DNA of 64,000 nucleotides from a virus (IMGVR_UViG_3300032280_000659:1-64000); one strand, 5' to 3'. Shown: positions 29,863-38,412, counted from the first letter of the stretch. The notes: generated by a model not told the origin, from the letters alone. Made by a program: numbers and translations.

Positions 29863-29937
29863 GCTGGATATAACTCAAATGGCAGAGTTCCACTCAGAGA
29901 TGAGAGGAGTTACAGGTTCAAATCCTGTTATCTGGTA
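29863..29937 (+). ncRNA. Array unit 8, tRNA mimic lacking an anticodon loop
   Basis: Acceptor GCTGGATA/TATCTGGT, D arm ACTC-AAATGGCA-GAGT, T arm ACAGG-TTCAAAT-CCTGT; anticodon arm TCC-A-CTCA-GAGA-TGAG-A-GGA. Confidence 0.75.
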
Positions 29938-30939
29938 AGTCGATCCATTAACAGCCGGTATATTAATACAAAGGAGAAAGATGATGTTAGTTACACAAGA
30001 GATGATTGTTGAAGCAAAACAACTTGCCAAAGATAATTACGCGGGTTGGGGTCAATATGTGGTAGAGTGCTATGAGGATAGTGAGTTGGCCGAAAGCCTT
30101 GAGAGTTTTGATACTCTAGAAGATTGGGTAGAAGTTAGGATTGCAGTGGCAGAAGTATATGCTGAGAGAGAGGCTTTCTATGAATAAAGAAGAATCAGAC
30201 AGAAATGCAGCGATAGTTTATGTTCTTAGGGTTCTTAAAAACCCAATGATGATCAGGAGTCCTGCTAAAAAAGACGCATTGACTTTAGCAGAGAAGTATG
30301 GTATAACGGTGACTGATTTGATTAATGAGTATGACGAGATAACAAAGAGAATATAATGAACTGGCATTATGGAAATCCTATTGTAAATGGAGAATATCTT
30401 TGCTGTATAAAGGGTTATCCTTCTCCTATTTCTTTTGATTGGTATGATGGCAAGTGGGGAAACTGGGATTGGATTGACGACAAGTTGAATCCTATTGACC
30501 AATCTCTAGTAGTGTGCTATATTGGTTTTGATGAGATTCCTATGCCGGAGAATTGGTAATGATCTATCTAAATATTAATGAGATTGAGCGTTTGGCCGAA
30601 ATTGTAGCTGAACTGGTTAAGTTGGACATGTGTGTGATTGCTGAGTTGAAGGGAACTAAGTGGAGTATTGAGGTAACCAAATAATGGAATGGATTAGTTT
30701 TTTTGACCGACAGCCTGAAGATGGACAGGGTATTTGGTATTATGGTGAACATATTGGCGTGTGGGCTGGAGAGTATTCTTATTCTCCGAACGACCCTTTT
30801 AGTCCTCATCTTATATTTTGTCATGAATCTCCCGGTCTGGTTGACCGAATGGACGCTCCTTGGTGGATGGTTGATGATGGGGTAATGAACAGGCCAATCA
30901 AACCAGCAAAAGATTATCCACCTGATTATCCTGGGAGTT

Positions 30940-31024
30940 GACATAAGTCCTTGCTGCTAAAAGACTTAGCTCAAGGGCGCCCGGCCGGATTCGTCGTAAG
31001 TCCTTATCTCTAAAGACTTTACGA
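30940..31024. repeat. Bipartite dyad element, copy 8
   Basis: Dyads start 30944 and 30997; -35 at 31052. Confidence 0.85.
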
Positions 31025-31343
31025 TTAGCCATATTTTTTCAAGATTTCCTCTTGACTTGTCGATAATAGTAGTGTAAGATACTAGCAACACGAAAGGGAA
31101 AATGATGACTGTTGCTGAACTGATCGAAGAACTGAACAAGCTGCCCCAAGATATGCTCGTACTAGTGCCGGGTTATGAGGGTGGGTATGATAATATCGAA
31201 GTTCAGAGGAATGGGGCTGTTGTTCTGGACGATAATTGGGATGGACAAGAAAAGTTTTATTGGTATAATGGGCGACACGCAACGTACTACAAGGATATGG
31301 AAGGCGACGAGCCTACATCATGCGTTGTTATCGGGAGAGGAAA

Positions 31344-31853
31344 ATGAAAAGAGTAGAACTACACGCCGAAGTACGATTTCATCTGCTCAATGGGCAAAAC
31401 TATCGGAAGTGGCAAGTAAATATTATGCAAGGTAAGAAAAGGGTTGACCAATTTTATGTAGACCCTACAGAATACCAGTTGGAGATGCGTGGTTGTAAGC
31501 TGGTAAATAAGGTAGCTAGGGCGAAATGGGTCAATAAGAAACAGAAAAAGAATGTTAGTGGTTGGGTACAGTGTGAAGAAGTTATGCTTCGCAAGGATTT
31601 TTATCCTTCTTTGCCTATTGACAATCTTGAGAAGTTGTATTACAATCCGATAAAAGATATCCACTGGCGACGAGAGAGTGATGGTGGTGAATTTGTTTGG
31701 GATAATAGTGAGTATGATACCTTAGTTACCGATGGGCGACAGGTTCATATTCTGGAAGAACGAGACGGAAATTTTGACGGTATTTACGAAATAGACCCTA
31801 AGTATACAGAAAGTTTTGGAATTTATGATCAAAATCGAACTGAGCGTGCGTGA
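31344..31853 (+). CDS. Hypothetical phage protein
   Basis: Likely start MKRVELHAEVRFHL after GAGAGG RBS. Confidence 0.6.
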   Translation: MKRVELHAEVRFHLLNGQNYRKWQVNIMQGKKRVDQFYVDPTEYQLEMRGCKLVNKVARAKWVNKKQKKNVSGWVQCEEVMLRKDFYPSLPIDNLEKLYYNPIKDIHWRRESDGGEFVWDNSEYDTLVTDGRQVHILEERDGNFDGIYEIDPKYTESFGIYDQNRTERA

Positions 31854-32199
31854 GTCCCTGAACATGATTGCAAACGGTTGCAGTCTCGATATGTTCGACA
31901 AGATTGTGTGTGCATTGGAAGTGGCACTGGGTGTGAACCAGCGTCGTATGGTAACGATTACCGGAGGTCTGACTCTGGACAACCGTATTCATTCCATCAA
32001 GGCTATTCGACTCCACACTGGATGGGGTCTGAAAGAGGCCAAGGATTGGACTGACTATCTGGTTGGTGGCTGGCATTACGACAAGTTCGTTCCTGCCAAG
32101 TCCGGGGCCAAGCAGAGTATCACTCTGAAAACGCCCGAAGCGGCAGAGGCACTGCTGCGTGATCTGGTGGGTTTGGGTTGTGAGGGTTATCTCTCATGA
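31825..32199 (+). CDS. Ribosomal protein bL12 (L7/L12) C-terminal-domain-like protein
   Basis: RIHSIKAIRLHTGWGLKEAKDW...PEAAEALLRDL..LGC resembles the bL12 CTD motif K..VIK.VR..TGLGLKEAK. Confidence 0.65.
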   Translation: MIKIELSVRESLNMIANGCSLDMFDKIVCALEVALGVNQRRMVTITGGLTLDNRIHSIKAIRLHTGWGLKEAKDWTDYLVGGWHYDKFVPAKSGAKQSITLKTPEAAEALLRDLVGLGCEGYLS

Positions 32200-32283
32200 C
32201 CTAAAGCCTTGTCCCTAAAGAACTTAGGGCGAGGCTGGGCCGCCAAATTTGATGTAAGTCTTTATCTGTAAACAACTTAGGAC
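32199..32283. repeat. Bipartite dyad element, copy 9
   Basis: Dyads start 32202 and 32255; -35 at 32321. Confidence 0.85.
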
Positions 32284-32487
32284 AAAATCAAAAATTTTTG
32301 AGGCTCACTCAAGTTCCTGCTTGACAATGACGATACTATACTGTAGAATGAGAGTATCACAAGTCAAGACCCCGCGACGATGCACAACATAAGAAACCAT
32401 CACGACGGACTTGACAAGTGAGTATTAGTATCGTATACTGATACTGTCCGATTGAGTTAGTTTTACAATTACTTTGGAGGTTTTACT

Positions 32488-32748
32488 ATGAAGGCTTTTA
32501 GTTTCAATGTGACGATTGCTTCGGATGTTCTTGATACGGATGTGGTGGAAGATACGCTGCGTCAGGCTCTTGTCGATGGTCTGCCGAGCGAGACTCTTGC
32601 TCTTGTCAAGGCCGATGGTGTGAAGGAGTATAGTGAGCAGGGTTGGAAGGTTGCTCGTAACCGTAAGTTCGGTATCGGTGTCAAGGAGGCCGGTGACGGC
32701 CACAAGGCAACGAAGTCTAGCAAAGCAACAGAGGAAGCGGTTGCGTGA
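32488..32748 (+). CDS. Hypothetical protein
   Basis: GGAGG RBS; 86 aa. Confidence 0.65.
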   Translation: MKAFSFNVTIASDVLDTDVVEDTLRQALVDGLPSETLALVKADGVKEYSEQGWKVARNRKFGIGVKEAGDGHKATKSSKATEEAVA

Positions 32749-32814
32749 TAGACTCTAAGGAGTTATAATGACTGCGAGCCTCCACGGGACGCCGTGGGGG
32801 CTTGCGGTATTGAC

Positions 32815-32886
32815 GGCCCCATAGTTAAATGGATATAATAAGTGACTTCTAATCTCTAGTTGCAGGTTCGATTCCTGCTGGGGCTA
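32815..32886 (+). tRNA. tRNA-Arg(UCU)
   Basis: GGCCCCA/TGGGGCT acceptor, loop CTTCTAA, T loop TTCGATT. Confidence 0.85.
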
Positions 32887-32891
32887 TTGTT

Positions 32892-32965
32892 GGGGGTGTA
32901 GATCAATTGGTTAGATCGCTAGCTTGTCACGCTAGAGGTTGCGGGTTCGAGTCCCGTCACTCTCG
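32892..32965 (+). tRNA. tRNA-Asp(GUC)
   Basis: CTAGC-TTGTCAC-GCTAG anticodon arm; canonical T arm. Confidence 0.9.
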
Positions 32966-32968
32966 TTT

Positions 32969-33054
32969 GTTGTAAACCCTTACTACATAAGCACTTAGAG
33001 CAAATGCGGCGGGCCGGCCGCGTCGTAAGTCCTTATCTAGCAACAACTTGCATC
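32969..33054. repeat. Bipartite dyad element, copy 10
   Basis: Dyads start 32973 and 33026; -35 at 33081. Confidence 0.85.
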
Positions 33055-33130
33055 AAGAATAATTTTTTAGAGTTTTTCGCTTGACTATGCCGATACCATA
33101 GTGTAGAATCGGTAGACACAGGAGAAGAAC

Positions 33131-33835
33131 ATGAAAACTGCTGATGGTAATGATAAGTTGGGTAAGGGTTGCATTGTGGTATCGCGTCCAGTGGGTGATA
33201 CTTGTCCGCCAGACTGCGACTATCTTGGCAACGGTTGCTATGCCGAAGCTACTGAAAACCAGTATAAAAATGCTCGTACTGCTGGTTTTGCTAATGTCGT
33301 GACCGAGAAGAATAAAATCCGTGCCATGATTCTGGATGCAAAGCGTCGTGAGAAGTCTATTCGTTGGCATGAACGTGGCGACTGGTTTCTCAATGGACAA
33401 CTTGACCTAGACTATGTTGCTAATGTAACGTGGGCTTGTGAGAGTATTCTTGCCGATGGTGATACGTTGCCCGATATGTGGTTTTATACTCATATCTACG
33501 ATGCTCGGCTTGTGAGTCTGGAAAAGTATATGAATGTATATGCTAGTGTGCATGATGATAATGATATGGGCGAAGCACTATCACAGGGTTTCAAGCTGTT
33601 TGCATGGTGTGACAGCGATATGAAGATTGCACCCAAGCGACCCAAGAGCAAAGCAAAGGCAGAAGCATGGCGACAAGCACTACCGAAGCTGGTGGTTCTC
33701 AATGCTACAAAGTTTGTAGTGTGTCCGGAAATCCGTCGTGGTCGTTCGGAAATCACTTGCACTGGTACTAAAGATAGTATATCATGTGACTTGTGTGTTC
33801 GTGGTTTGGCTAATGTCTTGTTTCCAGCCCATTGA
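33131..33835 (+). CDS. Gp88-like Cys-cluster protein (radical-SAM-related fold, inferred)
   Basis: GDTCPPDC...CYA; IRWHERGDW; WFYTH; C-terminal CPE...C...C..C. Confidence 0.6.
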   Translation: MKTADGNDKLGKGCIVVSRPVGDTCPPDCDYLGNGCYAEATENQYKNARTAGFANVVTEKNKIRAMILDAKRREKSIRWHERGDWFLNGQLDLDYVANVTWACESILADGDTLPDMWFYTHIYDARLVSLEKYMNVYASVHDDNDMGEALSQGFKLFAWCDSDMKIAPKRPKSKAKAEAWRQALPKLVVLNATKFVVCPEIRRGRSEITCTGTKDSISCDLCVRGLANVLFPAH

Positions 33836-33846
33836 AAGGAATAAAA

Positions 33847-34416
33847 ATGAGCTACATTGGATTGTATGATGATGCAGGAAGTAAGAATGCTTTCTATATT
33901 ATCAAAGATAAAAAGATTGGTCGTAAACGGGTGGGCTTCAAAGAGTTTGAGAATGAGCAAGAGGCTAAGTTTGCCCATCGGGTTCAGTCTCATTTGGCAC
34001 AGTTTGATTTAGCCCCTATGGTATATGGGGATGTTGGTATGATTCGTAGGCATGATGGTGAGTTGACTGCTCATGGTTATTTGACCGAAGTGGCTCGACC
34101 TATGCCGGAATGTCATGATGATGAATATTGTGATGGTGAATGTTTTGAGAGTAGTTGTAAGAATGGTATTTCTATCATGGGAATAGTATCTGATTTAGAT
34201 GAGCATGGTTTATCATACAATGACGCTCATAGAGGAAACTTTGGTTATGTTCGACGCAAAGGATCATGGGTTCCGGTTGTGATCGACCTTGGTATTGAGA
34301 GTTTTACTGATTGGGATGAAGATATTTATGGACAGTTTGATTATAATGATGATTGTAATGATGATTATAATGGATGTAATTGTGTTCACTGCCAAAAATT
34401 TAGAGATAGGGGATAA
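33847..34416 (+). CDS. Protein kinase-like protein
   Basis: GFKEF; LAPMVYG; catalytic-loop-like DAHRGNFG; VIDLG. Confidence 0.65.
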   Translation: MSYIGLYDDAGSKNAFYIIKDKKIGRKRVGFKEFENEQEAKFAHRVQSHLAQFDLAPMVYGDVGMIRRHDGELTAHGYLTEVARPMPECHDDEYCDGECFESSCKNGISIMGIVSDLDEHGLSYNDAHRGNFGYVRRKGSWVPVVIDLGIESFTDWDEDIYGQFDYNDDCNDDYNGCNCVHCQKFRDRG

Positions 34417-34817
34417 TCATGGCAAAGTATTATATCAAATGTGGGACACTAGAACTAATTTATTCCTGCAACAAATGTCCAAGGGATGCTGCGATGGATG
34501 CTATATGGGAAACAAATGAAAATGATACACTAGATGAACACTTCTATATAGATGAGCGTGGGTATAGAGACTATGTTACTGCTGATGGACATACTTGTGT
34601 ATTAAATACTGGTCATATTCTCATAGACGCAGGATGGAGTATTGAATAATGTGGATTATTATTGACGAGAAAAAGGTAAGACATTTGTGGGAATGTTCAG
34701 AATGTAATAGGCAAGCATATGTAGAGCCTTGGTACTATTCAGAGATGGGTACTCCATCGTGTGAAATTTGTGAAAGAGAGATGGAGTATATCAACACACA
34801 AATAGATATAGAGAGTT

Positions 34818-34903
34818 GACGTAAACCCTTGCTACCATTGCACTTATGGCAAGCGGGGCCGCCCAACTTTGACGTAAGTCCTTAATCCACAAAGCTTTAG
34901 AGC
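34818..34903. repeat. Bipartite dyad element, copy 11
   Basis: Dyads start 34822 and 34875. Confidence 0.85.
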
Positions 34904-35401
34904 AAATCCAAAAATCTTCTAAAGTTTCTACGCTGGATTGGTCGATAATAAGGATATGAGAACGACAAGAGAATCAACAAGGGGTGAGAGAATGATCCAG
35001 TGGGTTGGAATTGTGATTACGATTTTGGGTCTGGCTTATACGGGAATCAAAGATTATCAAAAAGGTGATATTAAATTCCCTCCAATCCCACAGAAACCGG
35101 CCTTGACAAAGGTGGTTTATCCGGTACAATATTGTCTGATGGCTTACGATCCTAATGTTGACAAGGTTTTTTACTTACACGAAAATGGACAATGGCATGA
35201 TTACGCTCCAGAACAACGACGATATTCGACCACGCCGCAACCATATCAAAATCAAGGTCAAGAAACCGTGGGAAATTCCTACAGGACACAAGGAGCATCG
35301 GTATACCGTTATGGACAATCGCCCCAAGCGTCAGCGAACACGATCCGCTGAAAAGCGTAGGGCTTGTCAAGATGATGACTATTGACTATAATAGTTTGAT
35401 T

Positions 35402-35474
35402 GCCGATGTAACTCAGTTGGTAGAGTGTTAGTTTTGTAAACTAAATGTCGCCGGATCGTTCCCGGCCATCGGCT
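35402..35474 (+). tRNA. tRNA-Thr(UGU), atypical T loop
   Basis: TTAGT-TTTGTAA-ACTAA; T loop ATCGTTC. Confidence 0.85.
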
Positions 35475-35475
35475 C

Positions 35476-35546
35476 TCCGGGATAGTGTAACGGTAGCACC
35501 AGAGATTTTGGTTCTCTTTGTCTGGGTTCGAATCCTAGTCCCGGAA
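35476..35546 (+). tRNA. tRNA-Gln(UUG)
   Basis: AGAGA-TTTTGGT-TCTCT; canonical T arm. Confidence 0.9.
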
Positions 35547-35554
35547 TTAGATAT

Positions 35555-35626
35555 TGCCCGATAGCACAACGGTAGTGCGGCAAACTGTTAATTTGTAGGT
35601 TCTAGGTTCGAATCCTAGTCGGGCAG
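35555..35626 (+). tRNA. tRNA-Asn(GUU)
   Basis: GCAAA-CTGTTAA-TTTGT. Confidence 0.9.
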
Positions 35627-35629
35627 TTT

Positions 35630-35716
35630 GGAATCTTGGCCGAGTGGTTTAAGGCAGCGGTTTACTAAACCGCCGAGGGTTAAAATCCTCCGTGGGTTCG
35701 AATCCCTCAGATTCCG
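35630..35716 (+). tRNA. tRNA-Ser(ACU), A34 anticodon
   Basis: GCGGT-TTACTAA-ACCGC; long variable arm; G1/G2/A3 and G73 serine identity. Confidence 0.8.
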
Positions 35717-35766
35717 CTAAAGAAAGGTCTTGACAACAGTCGATACTTACTGTAGAATACGAACAC

Positions 35767-35840
35767 GGGGCGTTGCAGCCGGTAGTTGCAATCACTCTTA
35801 TAAGGTGACCATAAGGTAGGTTCGACTCCTACACGCCCTA
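35767..35840 (+). tRNA. tRNA-Ile(UAU)
   Basis: TCACT-CTTATAA-GGTGA; own promoter at ~35730-35758. Confidence 0.75.
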
Positions 35841-35871
35841 TTCGGAGGCTGATGTTTGGGTTACGATGGCT

Positions 35872-35943
35872 GGCCCTATAGTCTAACGGCTAGGACGACA
35901 GCCTTTCACGCTGTAGATTTGAGTTCGATTCTCAATAGGGTCA
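35872..35943 (+). tRNA. tRNA-Glu(UUC)
   Basis: ACAGC-CTTTCAC-GCTGT. Confidence 0.85.
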
Positions 35944-36401
35944 TTTAATAATGTTTCATATTAGACATGATGTTGGCGATATGGTGTGGGTAGAAACTAC
36001 AGAGTATTCTGCTAGTAGAGCAAGAATTACCGGCACTCATACTGACGGGTACTATGTTAATTTCATAGATAAAACATCTGAACAAGAATCTTGTCACAAC
36101 TATCCTGTTATGAGTCGAAAGGTTAAGCCTATCGATTACATAGGACTAGAAAAATAAAATTTCTCAACTCTGACCACTTGACAGACCGATGATAGTATGG
36201 TAAGCTGTTGGCACACACAAGGAAACTAAAATGAAGAATCTACGCATCTATGATATTGTAACTGAAGATGGTAAAACTCTTGCCGATATTCAACTTGCCA
36301 TGCAAGAAGATTTTGACTGGGTTGATATTTTTGATAAGTTATACGATATGACTAGTGAGAATGTTGAGAGTTATTCTTACGAAGAAGTTAAGTAATAAGG
36401 C

Positions 36402-36474
36402 GGGCCTTTAGCTCAATTGGCAGAGCAAGGAGCTTTTAACTCTTAGGTTCAGGGTTCGAGTCCCTGAGGGCCCA
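36402..36474 (+). tRNA. tRNA-Lys(UUU)
   Basis: AGGAG-CTTTTAA-CTCTT; canonical arms. Confidence 0.9.
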
Positions 36475-36525
36475 CTTGACAATGTTGGTTGTTGGTGTAG
36501 AATAGAGGCATGAAAGGGATTTACT

Positions 36526-36699
36526 ATGCGTTATGAAGATTACTATGATGGATACAACTATAACTACGATGATCTCTTAGAGAATACTGAGGATCTCGGT
36601 TTAGATGAAGAACCTTGGATGCAGGATGCAGAAGATGACGAGGTTCCATCTTATGGTAAGAATTATTATTCAGATACCATTGAAGAAGATGACGATTAA
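36526..36699 (+). CDS. Highly acidic Tyr-rich small protein (57 aa)
   Basis: Manual ORF MRYEDYYDGYNYNYDDLLENTEDLGLDEE...EEDDD; promoter at ~36476-36503. Confidence 0.6.
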   Translation: MRYEDYYDGYNYNYDDLLENTEDLGLDEEPWMQDAEDDEVPSYGKNYYSDTIEEDDD

Positions 36700-36704
36700 T
36701 TATT

Positions 36705-36791
36705 GTGGATGCTTCTAGGTGGGCCTAGACAAAATTATCTGGAATTATTTCCTATCATATGTAGAAGTACGTTCGAATCGTACCATCCACT
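36705..36791 (+). ncRNA. tRNA-like RNA without a canonical anticodon arm
   Basis: GTGGATG/CATCCAC acceptor, perfect T arm GTACG-TTCGAAT-CGTAC, 6-bp TCTAGG/CCTAGA D-position hairpin, AU-rich middle. Confidence 0.65.
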
Positions 36792-36794
36792 TTT

Positions 36795-37286
36795 ATGTTT
36801 ACCATTGATAGCCACAGAAAAACTAATGATGGTAAAGTGATTCAGGGTTCTTCTCATACCTCTATTATTCTGAATCATCAGTATAGGAATAAAATTATTA
36901 TGGAGGCAGTAAAGGAGCTGCGTAGCCATAATTTTGATAGCATTGCTTGTTGTGGTACTAGTGGACTAATGGTTGTTCCACAGATAGCCGAGATACTAGA
37001 TAAGCATATTGTCGTGATTCGTAAACCAAGTGATAAACGTTATTCAATTTTTGATATAGAAGGAGTAGCACCTTATCATTATATTATTGTTGATGATCTT
37101 ACTTGTTCAGGAACCACTATAAAACTAATTCAGAATACTCTACATAATGAATGTCCACGCGCTATATGCGTAGGAGCCTACTTCTACTTACCGGATGAGT
37201 GCGCTTATTCTGGTAAAGAAGGTCATGAGCTTTTTCAAAAGGACTTCGGCTTCCCTGCTCTAAACTCCTTTCCACAAAGGACTTAG
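36795..37286 (+). CDS. Type I phosphoribosyltransferase-like protein
   Basis: PRPP-binding loop YIIVDDLTCSGTT; GTSG and IRK motifs. Confidence 0.8.
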   Translation: MFTIDSHRKTNDGKVIQGSSHTSIILNHQYRNKIIMEAVKELRSHNFDSIACCGTSGLMVVPQIAEILDKHIVVIRKPSDKRYSIFDIEGVAPYHYIIVDDLTCSGTTIKLIQNTLHNECPRAICVGAYFYLPDECAYSGKEGHELFQKDFGFPALNSFPQRT

Positions 37287-37342
37287 GGCAAGGCCGCCCG
37301 GCCCCGGTCGCCGTAAGTCCTTGTCTGACAACCACTTGCGTC
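37257..37342. repeat. Bipartite dyad element, copy 12
   Basis: Dyads start 37261 and 37314; -35 at 37369; first dyad overlaps the PRTase 3' end. Confidence 0.85.
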
Positions 37343-37440
37343 ACGAAATTTTTTCTCAAAGTTTCCGCTTGACAGTGACGATAACATAGTGTAGAATCAG
37401 TGAAGTAGAACGATTGAACAGCAACACGAAAGGGATGATT

Positions 37441-38391
37441 ATGGCTCATGCAGTTGAACAGATGATGTTTGTTGGTGCGACCCCGTGGCACGGTCTGGGG
37501 AACCAACTCGACGAGGCTCCAACGGTTTCGGAGGCGATTACTGCCGCCGGTTTGGATTGGGAAGTTGGCTTGAAGGATCTGGTCACGGTGGACGGCCAGC
37601 CCGTTCCGGCCCGTGCGACGTTCCGCAAGACTGACGATAGCATCTTGGGCGTTGTCGGCCCCCGCTACACCCCGCTGCAAAACAGCGAGGCGTTCGACTG
37701 GTTCCAGCCGTTTCTCGACGCTGGCGAGTGCAACCTGCACACTGCGGGTTCTTTGCACAGCGGTCAGAAGGTCTGGGTGCTTGCCCAGTTGAACCGCAGC
37801 AATAGCGAGATCGTGAAGGGTGACGAGGTTGGGAAGTTCATTCTTCTCAGCAACTCGCACGACGGCACGACCGCTATCCGTGTCGGCTACACGCCGATCC
37901 GGGTTGTGTGTGCAAACACGATGGCAATGGCCCACAGTAAGGGTAGCGGTTCCAAGCTGATTCGGATTCGACACACACGTTCCAGCAAGAGCAATCTGGA
38001 AAACGTGAGGGATATCATGGACAACATCAACATGGAGTTTGAAGCGACTGCGGAGCAGTTCAAATTCCTTGCGTCCAAGAACTTCAATCAGGCTGACGTT
38101 CGCCGGTATGTCAAGGTGATGCTTGATATCGACGGCACGCCTGACGATCAGATCAAGACTCGTACCAGAAATATCATGGACGAGATTCTGGCTCTGGTCG
38201 AAGGCCCGAAGCAGAGTGCGACGGGGGTTCGTGGAACTTGGTGGGCCGCGTACAACGGCTACAACGAGTACCTGAATTACAACAAGGGTCGCACCGAAGA
38301 TAATCGGCTCGACTCTCTCTGGTTCGGCCAGAATGGGGTTGACAACTCCAAGGCTCTGACCACTGCCTTGGATTTCGCCAACGCACTGTAG
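37441..38391 (+). CDS. DUF932 family phage/plasmid protein
   Basis: MAHAVE.M..VG.TPWHGLG...AGLDWEV...Y.PLQN...TAGSL..G..VW...LLSNSHDG...PIRVVCANT...GTWWAAYN. Confidence 0.85.
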   Translation: MAHAVEQMMFVGATPWHGLGNQLDEAPTVSEAITAAGLDWEVGLKDLVTVDGQPVPARATFRKTDDSILGVVGPRYTPLQNSEAFDWFQPFLDAGECNLHTAGSLHSGQKVWVLAQLNRSNSEIVKGDEVGKFILLSNSHDGTTAIRVGYTPIRVVCANTMAMAHSKGSGSKLIRIRHTRSSKSNLENVRDIMDNINMEFEATAEQFKFLASKNFNQADVRRYVKVMLDIDGTPDDQIKTRTRNIMDEILALVEGPKQSATGVRGTWWAAYNGYNEYLNYNKGRTEDNRLDSLWFGQNGVDNSKALTTALDFANAL

Positions 38392-38412
38392 TTTTCCTTT
38401 CGTGGCGTGGCA

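Noticed and set aside
28997-29971. CRISPR array interpretation of the linker-separated region
   Set aside because: The constant part is only 7-9 nt, the intervening units are 75-171 nt and self-structured, and no cas genes are in the window.
35630-35716. Amber suppressor tRNA (CUA) and alternative genetic code
   Set aside because: The 7-nt loop TTACTAA centres on ACT, not CTA; genes translate intact with the standard code and TAG is used as a stop.
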